DNA from: a virus | Virus record (IMG/VR): IMGVR_UViG_3300006854_000016 | DNA: 40,837 nucleotides | Reading direction: 5' to 3' (one strand) | Part shown: piece after piece, positions 23,987 through 32,952 of the stretch | Numbering within the stretch: position 1 is the first letter of the stretch | Layout of the letters: each line of letters starts with the position of its first letter | The notes under the pieces: generated by a model | What the model saw: only the letters and a program-made list of their open reading frames with translations | What the model was told of the DNA's origin: nothing | The model's database searches: none | Program-made: the position numbers and the translations under genes

Positions 23987-24255
23987 GCGGGCTTCGCCTC
24001 GAACGCGGTGCAGCACGGTTGCCCCTGCGCGTCGTGCTTGAGCTCGGGAGGGTACCCCGAATCAGAGACGCCGAAGGCCATCGACGCCGTGAGGATCGGG
24101 CAATAGACCTCCTTCTCGTAATCGTCCTTCGTGCAGTGCGCGCACCATCGCGCCTGGAACATCTCGCCCTCCGTCCCGTTCGAGGGGCGGTACGGACCGC
24201 CCCCCGACCTGGCGACGGCCGCGGCGTGCTCGGGCGCCAGCAGCGGCTCCTTCAT
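23983..24255 (-). CDS. Hypothetical Cys-rich protein
   Basis: 90 aa; ATGA overlap at 24252-24255. 'NGTEGEMFQARWCAHC...YCPI'. Confidence 0.5.
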   Translation of the reverse strand: MKEPLLAPEHAAAVARSGGGPYRPSNGTEGEMFQARWCAHCTKDDYEKEVYCPILTASMAFGVSDSGYPPELKHDAQGQPCCTAFEAKPA

Positions 24256-24512
24256 TTCTCGGGGAGACTCGTCTGGCCGGGCGCCTGGCGCATGTCCTCC
24301 GCGTGGAGCCACTTCGCCTTCTCGCCGGACGCCATGAGCACGACCGGCCCGTCGGCCTGCTTCGCGCTGATCGCCTCGCTCGGATACTTCGTCTTCTCCC
24401 GGACCTCCTGGTCCGCCAGCTTCGCGGCGCGGTCGAGCGAGTCGGCCTCGACGAACGCCCGCACCTTCACGACTTCCTTGCCCTTGATGATCGCGATCAC
24501 GACCTCGTACAT
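24252..24512 (-). CDS. Hypothetical protein
   Basis: 86 aa (MYEVVIAIIKGKE...); GGAGG RBS 5 nt upstream of the ATG at 24512. Confidence 0.55.
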   Translation of the reverse strand: MYEVVIAIIKGKEVVKVRAFVEADSLDRAAKLADQEVREKTKYPSEAISAKQADGPVVLMASGEKAKWLHAEDMRQAPGQTSLPEK

Positions 24513-25186
24513 GCGGCCTCCTCGTTGTTGGTTTTCTTGAACTCGATGACCCAGACCCACGGGTTCTGGGCCCAGCCGAACCCGCGCTCGGCGTTCAGCT
24601 CGTCCCACAGTTTGCGATACGGTACGCCGTACCTGCATGTCGCCGGTTCGGCCCCGTCCAACAGAACACCCTCCGCCTTTGCGTCCGCCTCGCTGATCTC
24701 CTGGAGGCGCTCCACCCGAACTCCCACCACTTCGAGCGTGAGGCGCGAGGCCCACCGGGGCATGTGAATGGATGGCTTCCACTTGATCCCGCCGGCCCAG
24801 TAGAGGGCCGGCTGCCGTCGCACCAGTTCCTCGTCTCGACCATAGGCGGTCCCGTGTACTTTGTTCGTGTATGGGTCTATCAGGTGGAAGAACGTCTCGC
24901 GGACCCAGAGTCGATCACCTGGGACGCCATAGATACAACGAACACCGCAAGTTGGAATCCACAGTGCGCGCATTTTCTTTCCTGAGCCTCTCCATGGGGC
25001 GGGGATCATTGGTGGTTTCCCCGTCAGTCTGAATGTCGCCCGAGGGAATCCATCCGTCCTGAACTGGTCAAACGTGTACACCTTGGCAGGTTCTCCACCC
25101 ATGCACACCCGTCGCGTCTGAGTCTTGCGGCCTTCGAGAATGGCGCGGACCATCGGGCCGCTGAATAGGATGGGGTGCTCTTTCAC
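24497..25186 (-). CDS. ASCH-domain-like protein
   Basis: 229 aa re-called from track ORF 24497..25618 using the GTGA overlap at 25183-25186. 'ILFSGPMVRAILEGRKTQTRRV' is the typical ASCH-like N-terminus. Confidence 0.55.
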   Translation of the reverse strand: MKEHPILFSGPMVRAILEGRKTQTRRVCMGGEPAKVYTFDQFRTDGFPRATFRLTGKPPMIPAPWRGSGKKMRALWIPTCGVRCIYGVPGDRLWVRETFFHLIDPYTNKVHGTAYGRDEELVRRQPALYWAGGIKWKPSIHMPRWASRLTLEVVGVRVERLQEISEADAKAEGVLLDGAEPATCRYGVPYRKLWDELNAERGFGWAQNPWVWVIEFKKTNNEEAACTRS

Positions 25187-25401
25187 CGCCCCGCCTTCCT
25201 CGCCCGCCGCTTGCGGCTGGCGATCGCTCGAAGATACTTCGGGATGCGCTGGAAGTTGGAGCAGTGGAGCGTGGACAGGTAGCGGTTCGCCTGCTGAAGT
25301 TCGTCCCGGATGTCCATGAGAATGGCGCGGTCTACGTGCCGCCAGTCGATCGGCGAAGGCCCCAGATTCCAATTCACGTTCTTGTGTCGCGTGTCGCTCA
25401 T
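25183..25401 (-). CDS. Hypothetical protein
   Basis: 72 aa; ATGA overlap at 25398-25401. Confidence 0.5.
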   Translation of the reverse strand: MSDTRHKNVNWNLGPSPIDWRHVDRAILMDIRDELQQANRYLSTLHCSNFQRIPKYLRAIASRKRRARKAGR

Positions 25402-25802
25402 TTCGGTGTCCTCCCACCATTCGCACAGGCTGAGCAGCAGAGAGATTCCACGGTGTCGCCATAGCAGACGGCGCGCCACTCGGTCGGATGCCCCTGGAGC
25501 GGAGCGCCGCACCACGAGCAGCGGCCGTAGTCGTGCGGATCGAAGGCGTCCTTCGAGATCGTGACCTTCTCGCCCGGCTGGACAGCGATGCTGGGATACT
25601 CTCGGCTTTCTGATTCATCGTGTCGCCAGCAGGCCATGTACCCGCGCGTGATGCCGGGCCCTCGATAGGTAATCAAACTCGCAGGACCGGCCTCGTGTCC
25701 GCCGAACATCTTGCCGCACAGAGGACACGGGAGCCAGAACCACCCGACCGCGATCGCGTAGAGACGATTGAGAAGCCGGGGCCAGCGCAGCAGGGCCGTC
25801 AC
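25398..25802 (-). CDS. Cys-rich (zinc-binding?) protein with N-terminal TM segment
   Basis: 134 aa; GTGA overlap at 25799-25802. 'WFWLPCPLCG', 'CSWCG', 'CCSAC'. Confidence 0.5.
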   Translation of the reverse strand: MTALLRWPRLLNRLYAIAVGWFWLPCPLCGKMFGGHEAGPASLITYRGPGITRGYMACWRHDESESREYPSIAVQPGEKVTISKDAFDPHDYGRCSWCGAPLQGHPTEWRAVCYGDTVESLCCSACANGGRTPK

Positions 25803-26320
25803 GCCTGCCCCCTGAAGTGCCGCTGCACCGGGACCGGAAGGCCGCGCCGTCGCATCGCCTCGTCCTCCATGGCCCACCGCGCGAGCTGCCCCAGGCGCAG
25901 CGTCGGGCGGGCGAGCTTCAGGATGTACCGGCGGAAGTCCGCCACGTCCGCGGCGTCCTGGCCGGCGTAGTACCCGTCCTCGCAGGAGAACGCGGGGAAG
26001 CCGGCGGCCAGCAGGTCCTTCGTGAGCTGCTTGAACTGCCGCTCCCCGATCTCGACGAATGCCCGCGCGCCCTCCGAGTTCGCGCCCGCCAGGCTGGCGC
26101 AGATCTCCTTCCGGGTGCGGGCGTACTTCCGCCCGCGCGCCCAGACCTGCAGGTGCTCCCAGAGGAGCCGGTGAGCGGGGGAGAGGCCGGTCGCGCGAGA
26201 GGCCCGATGAGCTTGCGCTCCTTGCCCCTTGAGAGAGGGTGAGGCCCCCATTTTTTCACGCGCGGCGTCCCCGTCTGGCTGCCCGCCGTCCCGGATAGGA
26301 ACCGACATCCCTCCCGTCAC
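25799..26320 (-). CDS. Hypothetical protein
   Basis: 173 aa if the GTGA-overlap start at 26320 is used (the track ATG is at 26329). Confidence 0.5.
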   Translation of the reverse strand: MTGGMSVPIRDGGQPDGDAAREKMGASPSLKGQGAQAHRASRATGLSPAHRLLWEHLQVWARGRKYARTRKEICASLAGANSEGARAFVEIGERQFKQLTKDLLAAGFPAFSCEDGYYAGQDAADVADFRRYILKLARPTLRLGQLARWAMEDEAMRRRGLPVPVQRHFRGQA

Positions 26321-26517
26321 CAGATCCATCCGATCGCGTCGCGGACGCGGTCCATCGCCGCGTCGTCACGCTGGAGGGCGTCGAGCTCCCGCACGGCCTC
26401 GGCCTCCCGTTCGGCGCGGAGCGCCGCACCCGCCGCGCGCTCGGCGCGCGCGAGGTCGGCCGGTGGGACGGCGAATCGCGGCTTGAACGGGATCTCCGGC
26501 CAGTCGACGCCGCTCAC
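26317..26517 (-). CDS. Hypothetical protein
   Basis: 66 aa; GTGA overlap at 26514-26517. Confidence 0.45.
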   Translation of the reverse strand: MSGVDWPEIPFKPRFAVPPADLARAERAAGAALRAEREAEAVRELDALQRDDAAMDRVRDAIGWIW

Positions 26518-26846
26518 GATGTCCACCAGTGAACCAGCGCGCCGAGCGCGAAGCACGTCACGTCCGACAACACGGCCTCTCCGGACTGGCGGAAGACCTT
26601 CGCGGTGCGCTCCTCCGGCGTCGCCGGGTCGGGGCCGTAGTACTTCTTGCCCGCCATGAAGACCCAGACGAGTTGCAGACCGAACCCTTGCGCGAGCGTG
26701 ATCGGCTGGAGACCGACCGGGACGACGTACCACTGCCAGAGCAGCTTCATCGCCCAGGCGGCGAAATACCCGTGCGTCGGAAGGAAGATCAACACCGCGA
26801 GAATGGTTGCGACGGACTTCCACATCTTCGCTTCGTCCGCCATCAC
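26514..26846 (-). CDS. Integral membrane protein (3-4 TM)
   Basis: 110 aa with hydrophobic segments VATILAVLIFL, YFAAWAMKLLWQWYVV, GFGLQLVWVFMA and CFALGALVHWW. Confidence 0.6.
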   Translation of the reverse strand: MMADEAKMWKSVATILAVLIFLPTHGYFAAWAMKLLWQWYVVPVGLQPITLAQGFGLQLVWVFMAGKKYYGPDPATPEERTAKVFRQSGEAVLSDVTCFALGALVHWWTS

Positions 26847-27637
26847 ATCCCGTCCTCGGTCCCGCGACCGCCGCGCTGCGCCGTCCGCCGCTCACTCTTC
26901 TCCTCGACCACCATGACGCCCGGGTACATCTCCCCCTCGCGGCCGTACTTCTTCGCCAGCAACGCCGCCATCGGTCCGTCGAGCGCAATCAGCTCGGCAG
27001 GGGCCTTCCCCGCGACGACTGCCCGCGCGAGATCGAGCCGCGCCTGCGTGTCGACCCCATCGAGCGCCTTGTGAAACTGCGCCCGGTATCGCTTCGTCAC
27101 GGCGAGCCCCGGCGTCTGCGCCACGACCGGCCGCAGGCCCGGGACGGGGAGGCGCGGGGCGGCGGCGTGCTCGACCAGCGCCGCCGCCGTCGCGGTGTCC
27201 CCCGCGGCTTCCGCCGCCGTCGCGACCTCCAGGACCTTGTCCTCGACCGTCGCTCGAGCTGCGGCGGTCAGGGCGAGCCGGGCCGCCTCCTCGTCGGCCA
27301 GCCGCTTGTCCTCCGCCGTGCGCCAGGCGTCGCGCTGCCGGACCAGGTGCGCGTCCCCCGCCTTGAGCTGCGCGACGATACGACCCCGGAGGTCGGTCAT
27401 CGCCTTCCACGGGAGGTACCGGTCCTTGACCCACGGCTCCAGCTTCTCGACGACCTTGTCCTGGAGTTCGCGGATGCCGAGCAGCAGGTCGCCGGCCCGC
27501 TGCATCGAGTCCGCGTCCGTCACCTGGAGCCCGGTCGCCCGCTCGCAGACGTCGCCGAGCAGGGCCTCGACCGCCTGGCGCGCCTCGACCGGGACGAGCG
27601 ACGCCTCCGCCGGGAGGACCTCGACGGGGGCCATCAC
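26843..27637 (-). CDS. Hypothetical coiled-coil protein (recombination/replication module)
   Basis: 264 aa; GTGA overlap at 27634-27637. Confidence 0.55.
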   Translation of the reverse strand: MMAPVEVLPAEASLVPVEARQAVEALLGDVCERATGLQVTDADSMQRAGDLLLGIRELQDKVVEKLEPWVKDRYLPWKAMTDLRGRIVAQLKAGDAHLVRQRDAWRTAEDKRLADEEAARLALTAAARATVEDKVLEVATAAEAAGDTATAAALVEHAAAPRLPVPGLRPVVAQTPGLAVTKRYRAQFHKALDGVDTQARLDLARAVVAGKAPAELIALDGPMAALLAKKYGREGEMYPGVMVVEEKSERRTAQRGGRGTEDGM

Positions 27638-28101
27638 GCCTCATCCTCGAAGCCGCCGGAAGCCGGCGCCTCGCGGCGCGACGATCCGGAGGCGGGAGCG
27701 CCCGGGGGCGGGAGGGCGGCGCGCCCGTTCGACTTCGCGCGCTTGCTCCCGAGCCCGAGCCGCTCGCGCTGCTCCTCCCAGTCCGCCGGCTCCGCGATCC
27801 CGCCGAGCCCGACGAGGTTGTGGTACCCCTTCTCGTTGGTCTGGAGGTGGAAGCCGGTATACGCCTGCTCGGGCATCTGCGCCATCTCGCGGAGCGACCC
27901 GTGGAGGTACGCGAGCCAGGGGGCGCACGAGAACTTCACCGTGTGCTCCGTCCCCGCGACGCTGCGGAAGGTCAGGTATCCCCAAACGCTCTCGGCGCCC
28001 TGCTCGTTGTACTGCTTGGAGCGCAGGTCGACGACCCGCGCGTCGATCCCGACCCCGGGCTCGAACATGAACTGCGGCTGCTCGGTCTGTTGCTCGGCCA
28101 T
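27634..28101 (-). CDS. SSB-like protein (putative)
   Basis: 155 aa from the ATG at 28101, with GGAGG 9 nt upstream. Disordered G/P/S/A tail ending in acidic 'GGFEDEA'. Neighbours are the Sak4-like and nuclease genes. Confidence 0.4.
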   Translation of the reverse strand: MAEQQTEQPQFMFEPGVGIDARVVDLRSKQYNEQGAESVWGYLTFRSVAGTEHTVKFSCAPWLAYLHGSLREMAQMPEQAYTGFHLQTNEKGYHNLVGLGGIAEPADWEEQRERLGLGSKRAKSNGRAALPPPGAPASGSSRREAPASGGFEDEA

Positions 28102-28138
28102 GTTACACACCCTCCGAAGTTGCGGTCGTGTCGGTCTA

Positions 28139-28999
28139 TCAGTCCCACTGCTGGGGGATGCGCCGCCGGAGCCCCGCGGCCCGCAGCACGTTCTCCCAGT
28201 CGTCGCGCAGGTCGGTCGTCGTCTCCGCGAGCACGGCCGTCGCGCCCGTCTCCTTCTGGCAGCAGATGTCCGCGCGGCCGACGACGCAGTCCGGCTGCTT
28301 GTCCGTCTGCCCCATGATCCAGCGCGCCATCGTCTCGACGTCCCCGGCCAGGGCGCCCGAGAGCGTCCGGCCGAGCATCGCGACGGCGAGGTTGCCGCTG
28401 ATCTGGAGCTGCCACTCGTCCCACGCCTTGCTCCCCGTGGTTGCCTTCGCGTCGAGCACGAAGCCCCGGCGCACGGTCCCCTCCTTGAGGATCGCCCAGA
28501 GGTCGGAGATCCCGATGATCCCCGTCGACGGGTCGGCCGCGGCGTGCTGGCACGCGACCCACGTCGGGTCCGCGTGCGCCTCCCAGTCGAGGAAGGAGTT
28601 GATCGCGGCCAGCGCCGGGTCGTTCTTGCCGGGGACGGTCGGCGGCGACTGCTTCGTGATCCGGGCGCGGACGTAGTCGTTGACCCACTCGTCGACCTTC
28701 GTGCCGCCGGCCTTGTGCTTGCGGCTGCTCCACTTGTGGGCGTCCTTCGCGGCGGCGAGGGCCTGCTCGAACGTCGTCCGCGGGATGACCTCCCCGCGCT
28801 CGATGTACGGGTCGAGCTGCTCGCGGATGGCGTCGCGGCCCATCTCCGCGGCCCAGCCCTTGAGGCCGGGCTTGTCGATCACGGACGTCGCGGTCGTGAC
28901 GCCCGAGCAGCGGTGCCCGTTGAGCTGCCAGTAGCCCTTGCCCCCGCGCGGGCCGGGGACGCGGGACAGTCCAGGTTGGGGGGTGAGGACGAGCTCCAT
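28139..28999 (-). CDS. PD-(D/E)XK nuclease, Cas4/RecB-like
   Basis: 286 aa re-called (MELVLTPQ...); TGATG junction at 28999. 'GIIGISDLWAIL...FVLDAKAT' fits the D...(D/E)xK pattern. One N-terminal Cys plus C-terminal 'C-x8-CC' could be Fe-S ligands. Confidence 0.55.
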   Translation of the reverse strand: MELVLTPQPGLSRVPGPRGGKGYWQLNGHRCSGVTTATSVIDKPGLKGWAAEMGRDAIREQLDPYIERGEVIPRTTFEQALAAAKDAHKWSSRKHKAGGTKVDEWVNDYVRARITKQSPPTVPGKNDPALAAINSFLDWEAHADPTWVACQHAAADPSTGIIGISDLWAILKEGTVRRGFVLDAKATTGSKAWDEWQLQISGNLAVAMLGRTLSGALAGDVETMARWIMGQTDKQPDCVVGRADICCQKETGATAVLAETTTDLRDDWENVLRAAGLRRRIPQQWD

Positions 29000-30684
29000 C
29001 ACATCCCTCCTTCGCTGGAGACGCCCATGTCCGCCGCCTTCTGCCGGAGGTAGACCAGCAGCTCCTCCGCCTCCGCCGCCGTCTTCACCGTGCGCCCCTC
29101 GTCGCCCCAGACGATCCGCTTGACGTCCGCCAGATCGAGCCCGAGCTTCGTCCGCAGCGTCTTCGTCTCGTCCCGCTGCCCGATCGTCGGCGCGTCGCCG
29201 CTCGTCACCGCGACGGCCGCGGCCTGGACGGCCGGCGGCGCCCCTGCGACGGCCCCTGGCCGGACGCCCGCCGCGGCCTGCGGGAGCTCCGCCGCCCCGC
29301 TCCGCCGCCACTTCATCAGCTCGCGGCCCGTCCCCTCGTCGGGGGTGAAATACCCGCGGTCCTTGAAGAGCCCGGTGCGGTCCTTGTCGATCTGCGCCTT
29401 GTTCTCCTGCGTCATCTCGAAGCCGACCGTGAACTCGAACTCGATCTCGTCGCGGCTGATCGGGTCGACGCCCACCTTCACCCGCTTCCCGTCCCGGATC
29501 TCGTACGCCGACTTCGCGCGGAAGGTGACGATGAGGTGCATCTTCGAGCTCACGATGATCGAGCTCTTGAACTCCTCCCACTTCGGGCCGATGGTCGACC
29601 AGCCCTCGAACTTGGACTTCGAGTTCTTGTTGACGACGTCGACCTCCTCGCGCAGACCGCCCGACCCGGCCCAGAGGTGGGAGCCGGAGTCGATGATGAC
29701 CACGTCGTACCCGCCGGAGACGCCCTGCTCGTAGGCGTCGCGGTACCGCTGGATCGTGTACGGCTTGTCGATCCGGATCACGTCGAACGCGACCAGGTGC
29801 TCGTAGTCCATCGACGAGCCGGCCTCCGTGTCGATGATGAGGATGCGCGCCGGCCCCTCGGGGTCGCCGGTCGCCGGGTCGTAGTTCCACCACGGGACGT
29901 CCTTGCCGCGGCGGCCGAGCCCCAGGCCGAGCTCCAGGAGGAAGCCCTTCGCCATGAGGATCGCGGTGAACGTCTTCCCCGCCCCGCTGGCGGCGGTGAT
30001 GCAGACGCGCATGATGCCCTGGCGGCGGCGGGCGGGGGCGATGCCCAGCCCCGGCGCGATGCCGGCGATCGACTGCGGCGCGCGGGAGAGAGTCGGGGAC
30101 GGCGGCGGAAGGGGGGCGGGCGCGGCGGCTGCCGCGGCCCCGCCGTTGGCTGGCGAGGTGCTCATCGTGTTCTCCTTTGGTTTTGGTGTCGGACTTCCCG
30201 CCGGGCCCTCCGGCGGTTTCATCGGTTGTACGTCATCTCGTTTACGGTTGTCAAGTGCGGCCCGGACCTCCTCGCCGGTCGCCGTGCTGTAGGGATCGAG
30301 CGGGTCATCGGTCGCGAAGCTCGGGAGGATGTCTCCCGCGGCCTCCTCGGGGACAACGCCGTGGAAGAGGTCGAGCGCGCGCTGGACCGCGACCGGGTCG
30401 GCTTCGTCGCTGGCGCCGGACGGGTCGCGCACCCCCGGGACCGGACGGGCCGGCGGGGGCGGGGGGCTGAACCGGGGGACGCCGGGAGGCGGCTTCGGCG
30501 GGCGCGACCCCTCCGCCCGGATCGCGGGCGTGTCGCCGACGCGGTGCCCCTTGTCCTTGAACCAGATGAGGTCGAGTTGGCTCGGCGGCTTGTGCCCCTG
30601 GGCGACCGGGTACTGCTGATCGAACGCGATCCGGATCGTCTCCTCGTGCTCCCGCGTGACCCCGGGGATGGTGCCCTCGATCAC
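28999..30684 (-). CDS. Sak4-like RecA-fold ATPase (AAA_24-like) with in-frame Pro-rich N-terminal extension; probable internal start at 30165
   Basis: GTGA overlap start at 30684. Walker A 'ITAASGAGKTF', Walker B 'DVVIIDSGSHLW'. An internal AAGGAG-N7-ATG at 30165 uses a 19-nt cassette identical to the start region at 34531-34549. Confidence 0.65.
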   Translation of the reverse strand: MIEGTIPGVTREHEETIRIAFDQQYPVAQGHKPPSQLDLIWFKDKGHRVGDTPAIRAEGSRPPKPPPGVPRFSPPPPPARPVPGVRDPSGASDEADPVAVQRALDLFHGVVPEEAAGDILPSFATDDPLDPYSTATGEEVRAALDNRKRDDVQPMKPPEGPAGSPTPKPKENTMSTSPANGGAAAAAAPAPLPPPSPTLSRAPQSIAGIAPGLGIAPARRRQGIMRVCITAASGAGKTFTAILMAKGFLLELGLGLGRRGKDVPWWNYDPATGDPEGPARILIIDTEAGSSMDYEHLVAFDVIRIDKPYTIQRYRDAYEQGVSGGYDVVIIDSGSHLWAGSGGLREEVDVVNKNSKSKFEGWSTIGPKWEEFKSSIIVSSKMHLIVTFRAKSAYEIRDGKRVKVGVDPISRDEIEFEFTVGFEMTQENKAQIDKDRTGLFKDRGYFTPDEGTGRELMKWRRSGAAELPQAAAGVRPGAVAGAPPAVQAAAVAVTSGDAPTIGQRDETKTLRTKLGLDLADVKRIVWGDEGRTVKTAAEAEELLVYLRQKAADMGVSSEGGM

Positions 30685-30866
30685 GGGATCCACTCCCCCG
30701 CCGCGGCGGCGGCCATCCCGAGGACCACGCACCAGGCGGCGCCGTAGAGGAGCGCGATCGCGGCCACGTCGACCGCGGCCTGCTTGCAGTAATACGCGCC
30801 GAACCCCTGGGCGAGGCCGTCGAGGATCGAGAGGACGCAGACGACGCGCCAGCCGGTGCGGGTCAC
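30681..30866 (-). CDS. Small membrane protein (2 TM)
   Basis: 61 aa; GTGA overlap at 30863-30866. 'WRVVCVLSILDGLAQGFGAYY' and 'VAAIALLYGAAWCVVLGMAAAAA'. Confidence 0.5.
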   Translation of the reverse strand: MTRTGWRVVCVLSILDGLAQGFGAYYCKQAAVDVAAIALLYGAAWCVVLGMAAAAAGEWIP

Positions 30867-31174
30867 GGCTTCGCCCGCTCCCGCTCGATCCGCCGGTCGA
30901 TCTCCCGCGCAGCGGGCGTGCCGGCGAACTGCCTGAGCGCGGGCGCGTCCTTGACGTCCTTGAGTAGCTCGCGGAGCTTGCCGCGCACCTGGGACTCGAA
31001 CGCGGGCTGCAGGAGCGGCGACTTCCTCCGGCGCGCCGAGGCCTCGGAGCGGAGCAGGAGAGAAGCGGGGGTGAGCGCCAGCTTCCCCGCCGCGCGACCC
31101 TCGCCGGCCGCGTGGAGCAGCTCCGCGCAGGCGTCGCGGATCTCGCCGGCCATGACCTCGCGGCGGAGGTTCAT
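30863..31174 (-). CDS. Hypothetical protein
   Basis: 103 aa; ATGA overlap at 31171-31174. Confidence 0.5.
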   Translation of the reverse strand: MNLRREVMAGEIRDACAELLHAAGEGRAAGKLALTPASLLLRSEASARRRKSPLLQPAFESQVRGKLRELLKDVKDAPALRQFAGTPAAREIDRRIERERAKP

Positions 31175-32952
31175 ACGTTCGCCGCGACCAGCGCCCGCGC
31201 GATCGGCGGACAGACCGAATTGCCGCACATCCGGACTTGCGCCGTCTTCGTGAGCCGCTTCCCCTTATACGCGGGCTCGATGTTGTACCCATCTGGGAAG
31301 CCCTGGGCGCGGTAGAGCTCCCGCGGCTGGAGCATCCGCATCCCGATGTCGACGATCTGGTAGTCCTCCCCCTGGATCGTCACGAGCCCGAGCCGCGCCT
31401 TCGCGGTTGCCGTGTGAAGTGGTTCGTCGAGCGCCTGGCCGACGGCCGTGCCGTAGTATTTCACGAGGAAGGCGCGGACCTCGCCGAGGTGGGTCCCCTG
31501 CGCCCTGATCGTGGGCGCCGGCTGGTCGAGCGGCTGGCCGTCCTTGCATGATCCGTGCAGCTTGACCAGGTGCGAGGCGACGGCCGCGTGGTGCGGCCCG
31601 GCGGTCACGGTGCCGAGCGGGAGCTCCGGGTCGCTCCCGCCCATCCCGCCGTTCGCGACCTCGACGTGGCCGACGACGAGACGCTGCTGCGTCCCACGGC
31701 CGACGATGGTCGAGAGCGGCTTCCCCGCCTCGTGTCCGGTCATCCCGGTGTTTGCCTGCTCCATGAACGCGAGGACCGCGGCGTGCCGGTTCTCCGTGGT
31801 CGTCGTCGCCAGCGGCTCGTCCGCCGGCTTCGCGCCCCGGTCCCCGGCGCTCTGGTGGTCGATCGGGACCATGAGCGGGGCGACGACGCCGAACCGGTTC
31901 TCCGTCGTCTGGACGGCCAGCGGATCATCCGCCGCGCGCACGCGGTCGCCGTTCGGACTGGTCTTCCCGTGGTACTCCGTGAGGAAGGGCGTCACGATTG
32001 CGGCGTCCGCCTTCGCCGTCCCGGTCGCGATCGGCTCGTCGATTCCCCGCGGCCGGCTCTGTCCGGCCCGGCCGCCGACTCCGGCGAGGAAGGGCATGAC
32101 GAGCCCGTGCGCGTCGCGGCTGCTCGTCACCGTCCGAAAGGGCTCCTCGACTGATCGCTCCCGGTACGCCCCGGAATGGTTGGCCGTGATGATGACGAAC
32201 GGGTGCGAGGACTCGAACACGAACCGCCGCAGGCCGCGGGCGATCCGCGACATCGTCGCGGGCGCGAGGGGCTTCTTCCGCCCGAAGATAGACGGGCACT
32301 CCTCGTCCCAGTCGATGCACTCCGCCGCGGCGCGGTACGCCGGCAGGCCGTTCGCCTTCGCAGCGTGGGTTGCCTTCGGCCAGACGATCGGCTCGCCGTC
32401 CCGCCGGGCGATGATGAAGAGCCGTTTCCGGATCGTCGGCGCGCCGTAGTCGCAGGCGCGGAGTTCCCGCATCTCGACGACGTACCCGAGCCGCTCAAGT
32501 TTCTTCCACCAGGCGCGGAATGTCCGGCCCACCTGGCGCGGGTTGGGCATCCCGGTCGGCAGCAGCGGGCCCCACGTCTGAAACTCCTCGACGTTCTCAA
32601 GCATGATGATCCTCGGCCGGACCGCCGCGGCCCAGCGGGTGACAATCCACGCGAGGCCGCGGACGCGCTTGCTCACGGGCTTCCCGCCCTTCGCCTTCGA
32701 GAAGTGCTTACAGTCGGGGGAGAACCAGGCGAGCCCGACCGGGCGCCCGGCGCAGACCTTGACCGGGTCGACCTGCCAAACGTCCTCGCAGAGGTGCCGG
32801 GTCTGCGGGTGGTTCGCGCGGTGCATCTCGATCGCTTCGGCGTCGTGGTTAATGGCGATGTCGATCGGCCGGGCGACCGCCTGCTCGATCCCGAGACTCG
32901 CCCCGCCACCACCTGCGAAGTTGTCGACGACGAGCTCCTCGGATGAGATCAC
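31171..32952 (-). CDS. DNA (cytosine-5)-methyltransferase with an expanded variable region
   Basis: 593 aa from the GTG at 32952 (GTGA overlap). Motif I 'FAGGGG', IV 'SPDCKHFS', VI 'ENV', VIII 'PTIRKRLFIIA', IX 'RELYRAQGFPDGY', X 'GNSVCPP'. Confidence 0.9.
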   Translation of the reverse strand: MISSEELVVDNFAGGGGASLGIEQAVARPIDIAINHDAEAIEMHRANHPQTRHLCEDVWQVDPVKVCAGRPVGLAWFSPDCKHFSKAKGGKPVSKRVRGLAWIVTRWAAAVRPRIIMLENVEEFQTWGPLLPTGMPNPRQVGRTFRAWWKKLERLGYVVEMRELRACDYGAPTIRKRLFIIARRDGEPIVWPKATHAAKANGLPAYRAAAECIDWDEECPSIFGRKKPLAPATMSRIARGLRRFVFESSHPFVIITANHSGAYRERSVEEPFRTVTSSRDAHGLVMPFLAGVGGRAGQSRPRGIDEPIATGTAKADAAIVTPFLTEYHGKTSPNGDRVRAADDPLAVQTTENRFGVVAPLMVPIDHQSAGDRGAKPADEPLATTTTENRHAAVLAFMEQANTGMTGHEAGKPLSTIVGRGTQQRLVVGHVEVANGGMGGSDPELPLGTVTAGPHHAAVASHLVKLHGSCKDGQPLDQPAPTIRAQGTHLGEVRAFLVKYYGTAVGQALDEPLHTATAKARLGLVTIQGEDYQIVDIGMRMLQPRELYRAQGFPDGYNIEPAYKGKRLTKTAQVRMCGNSVCPPIARALVAANV

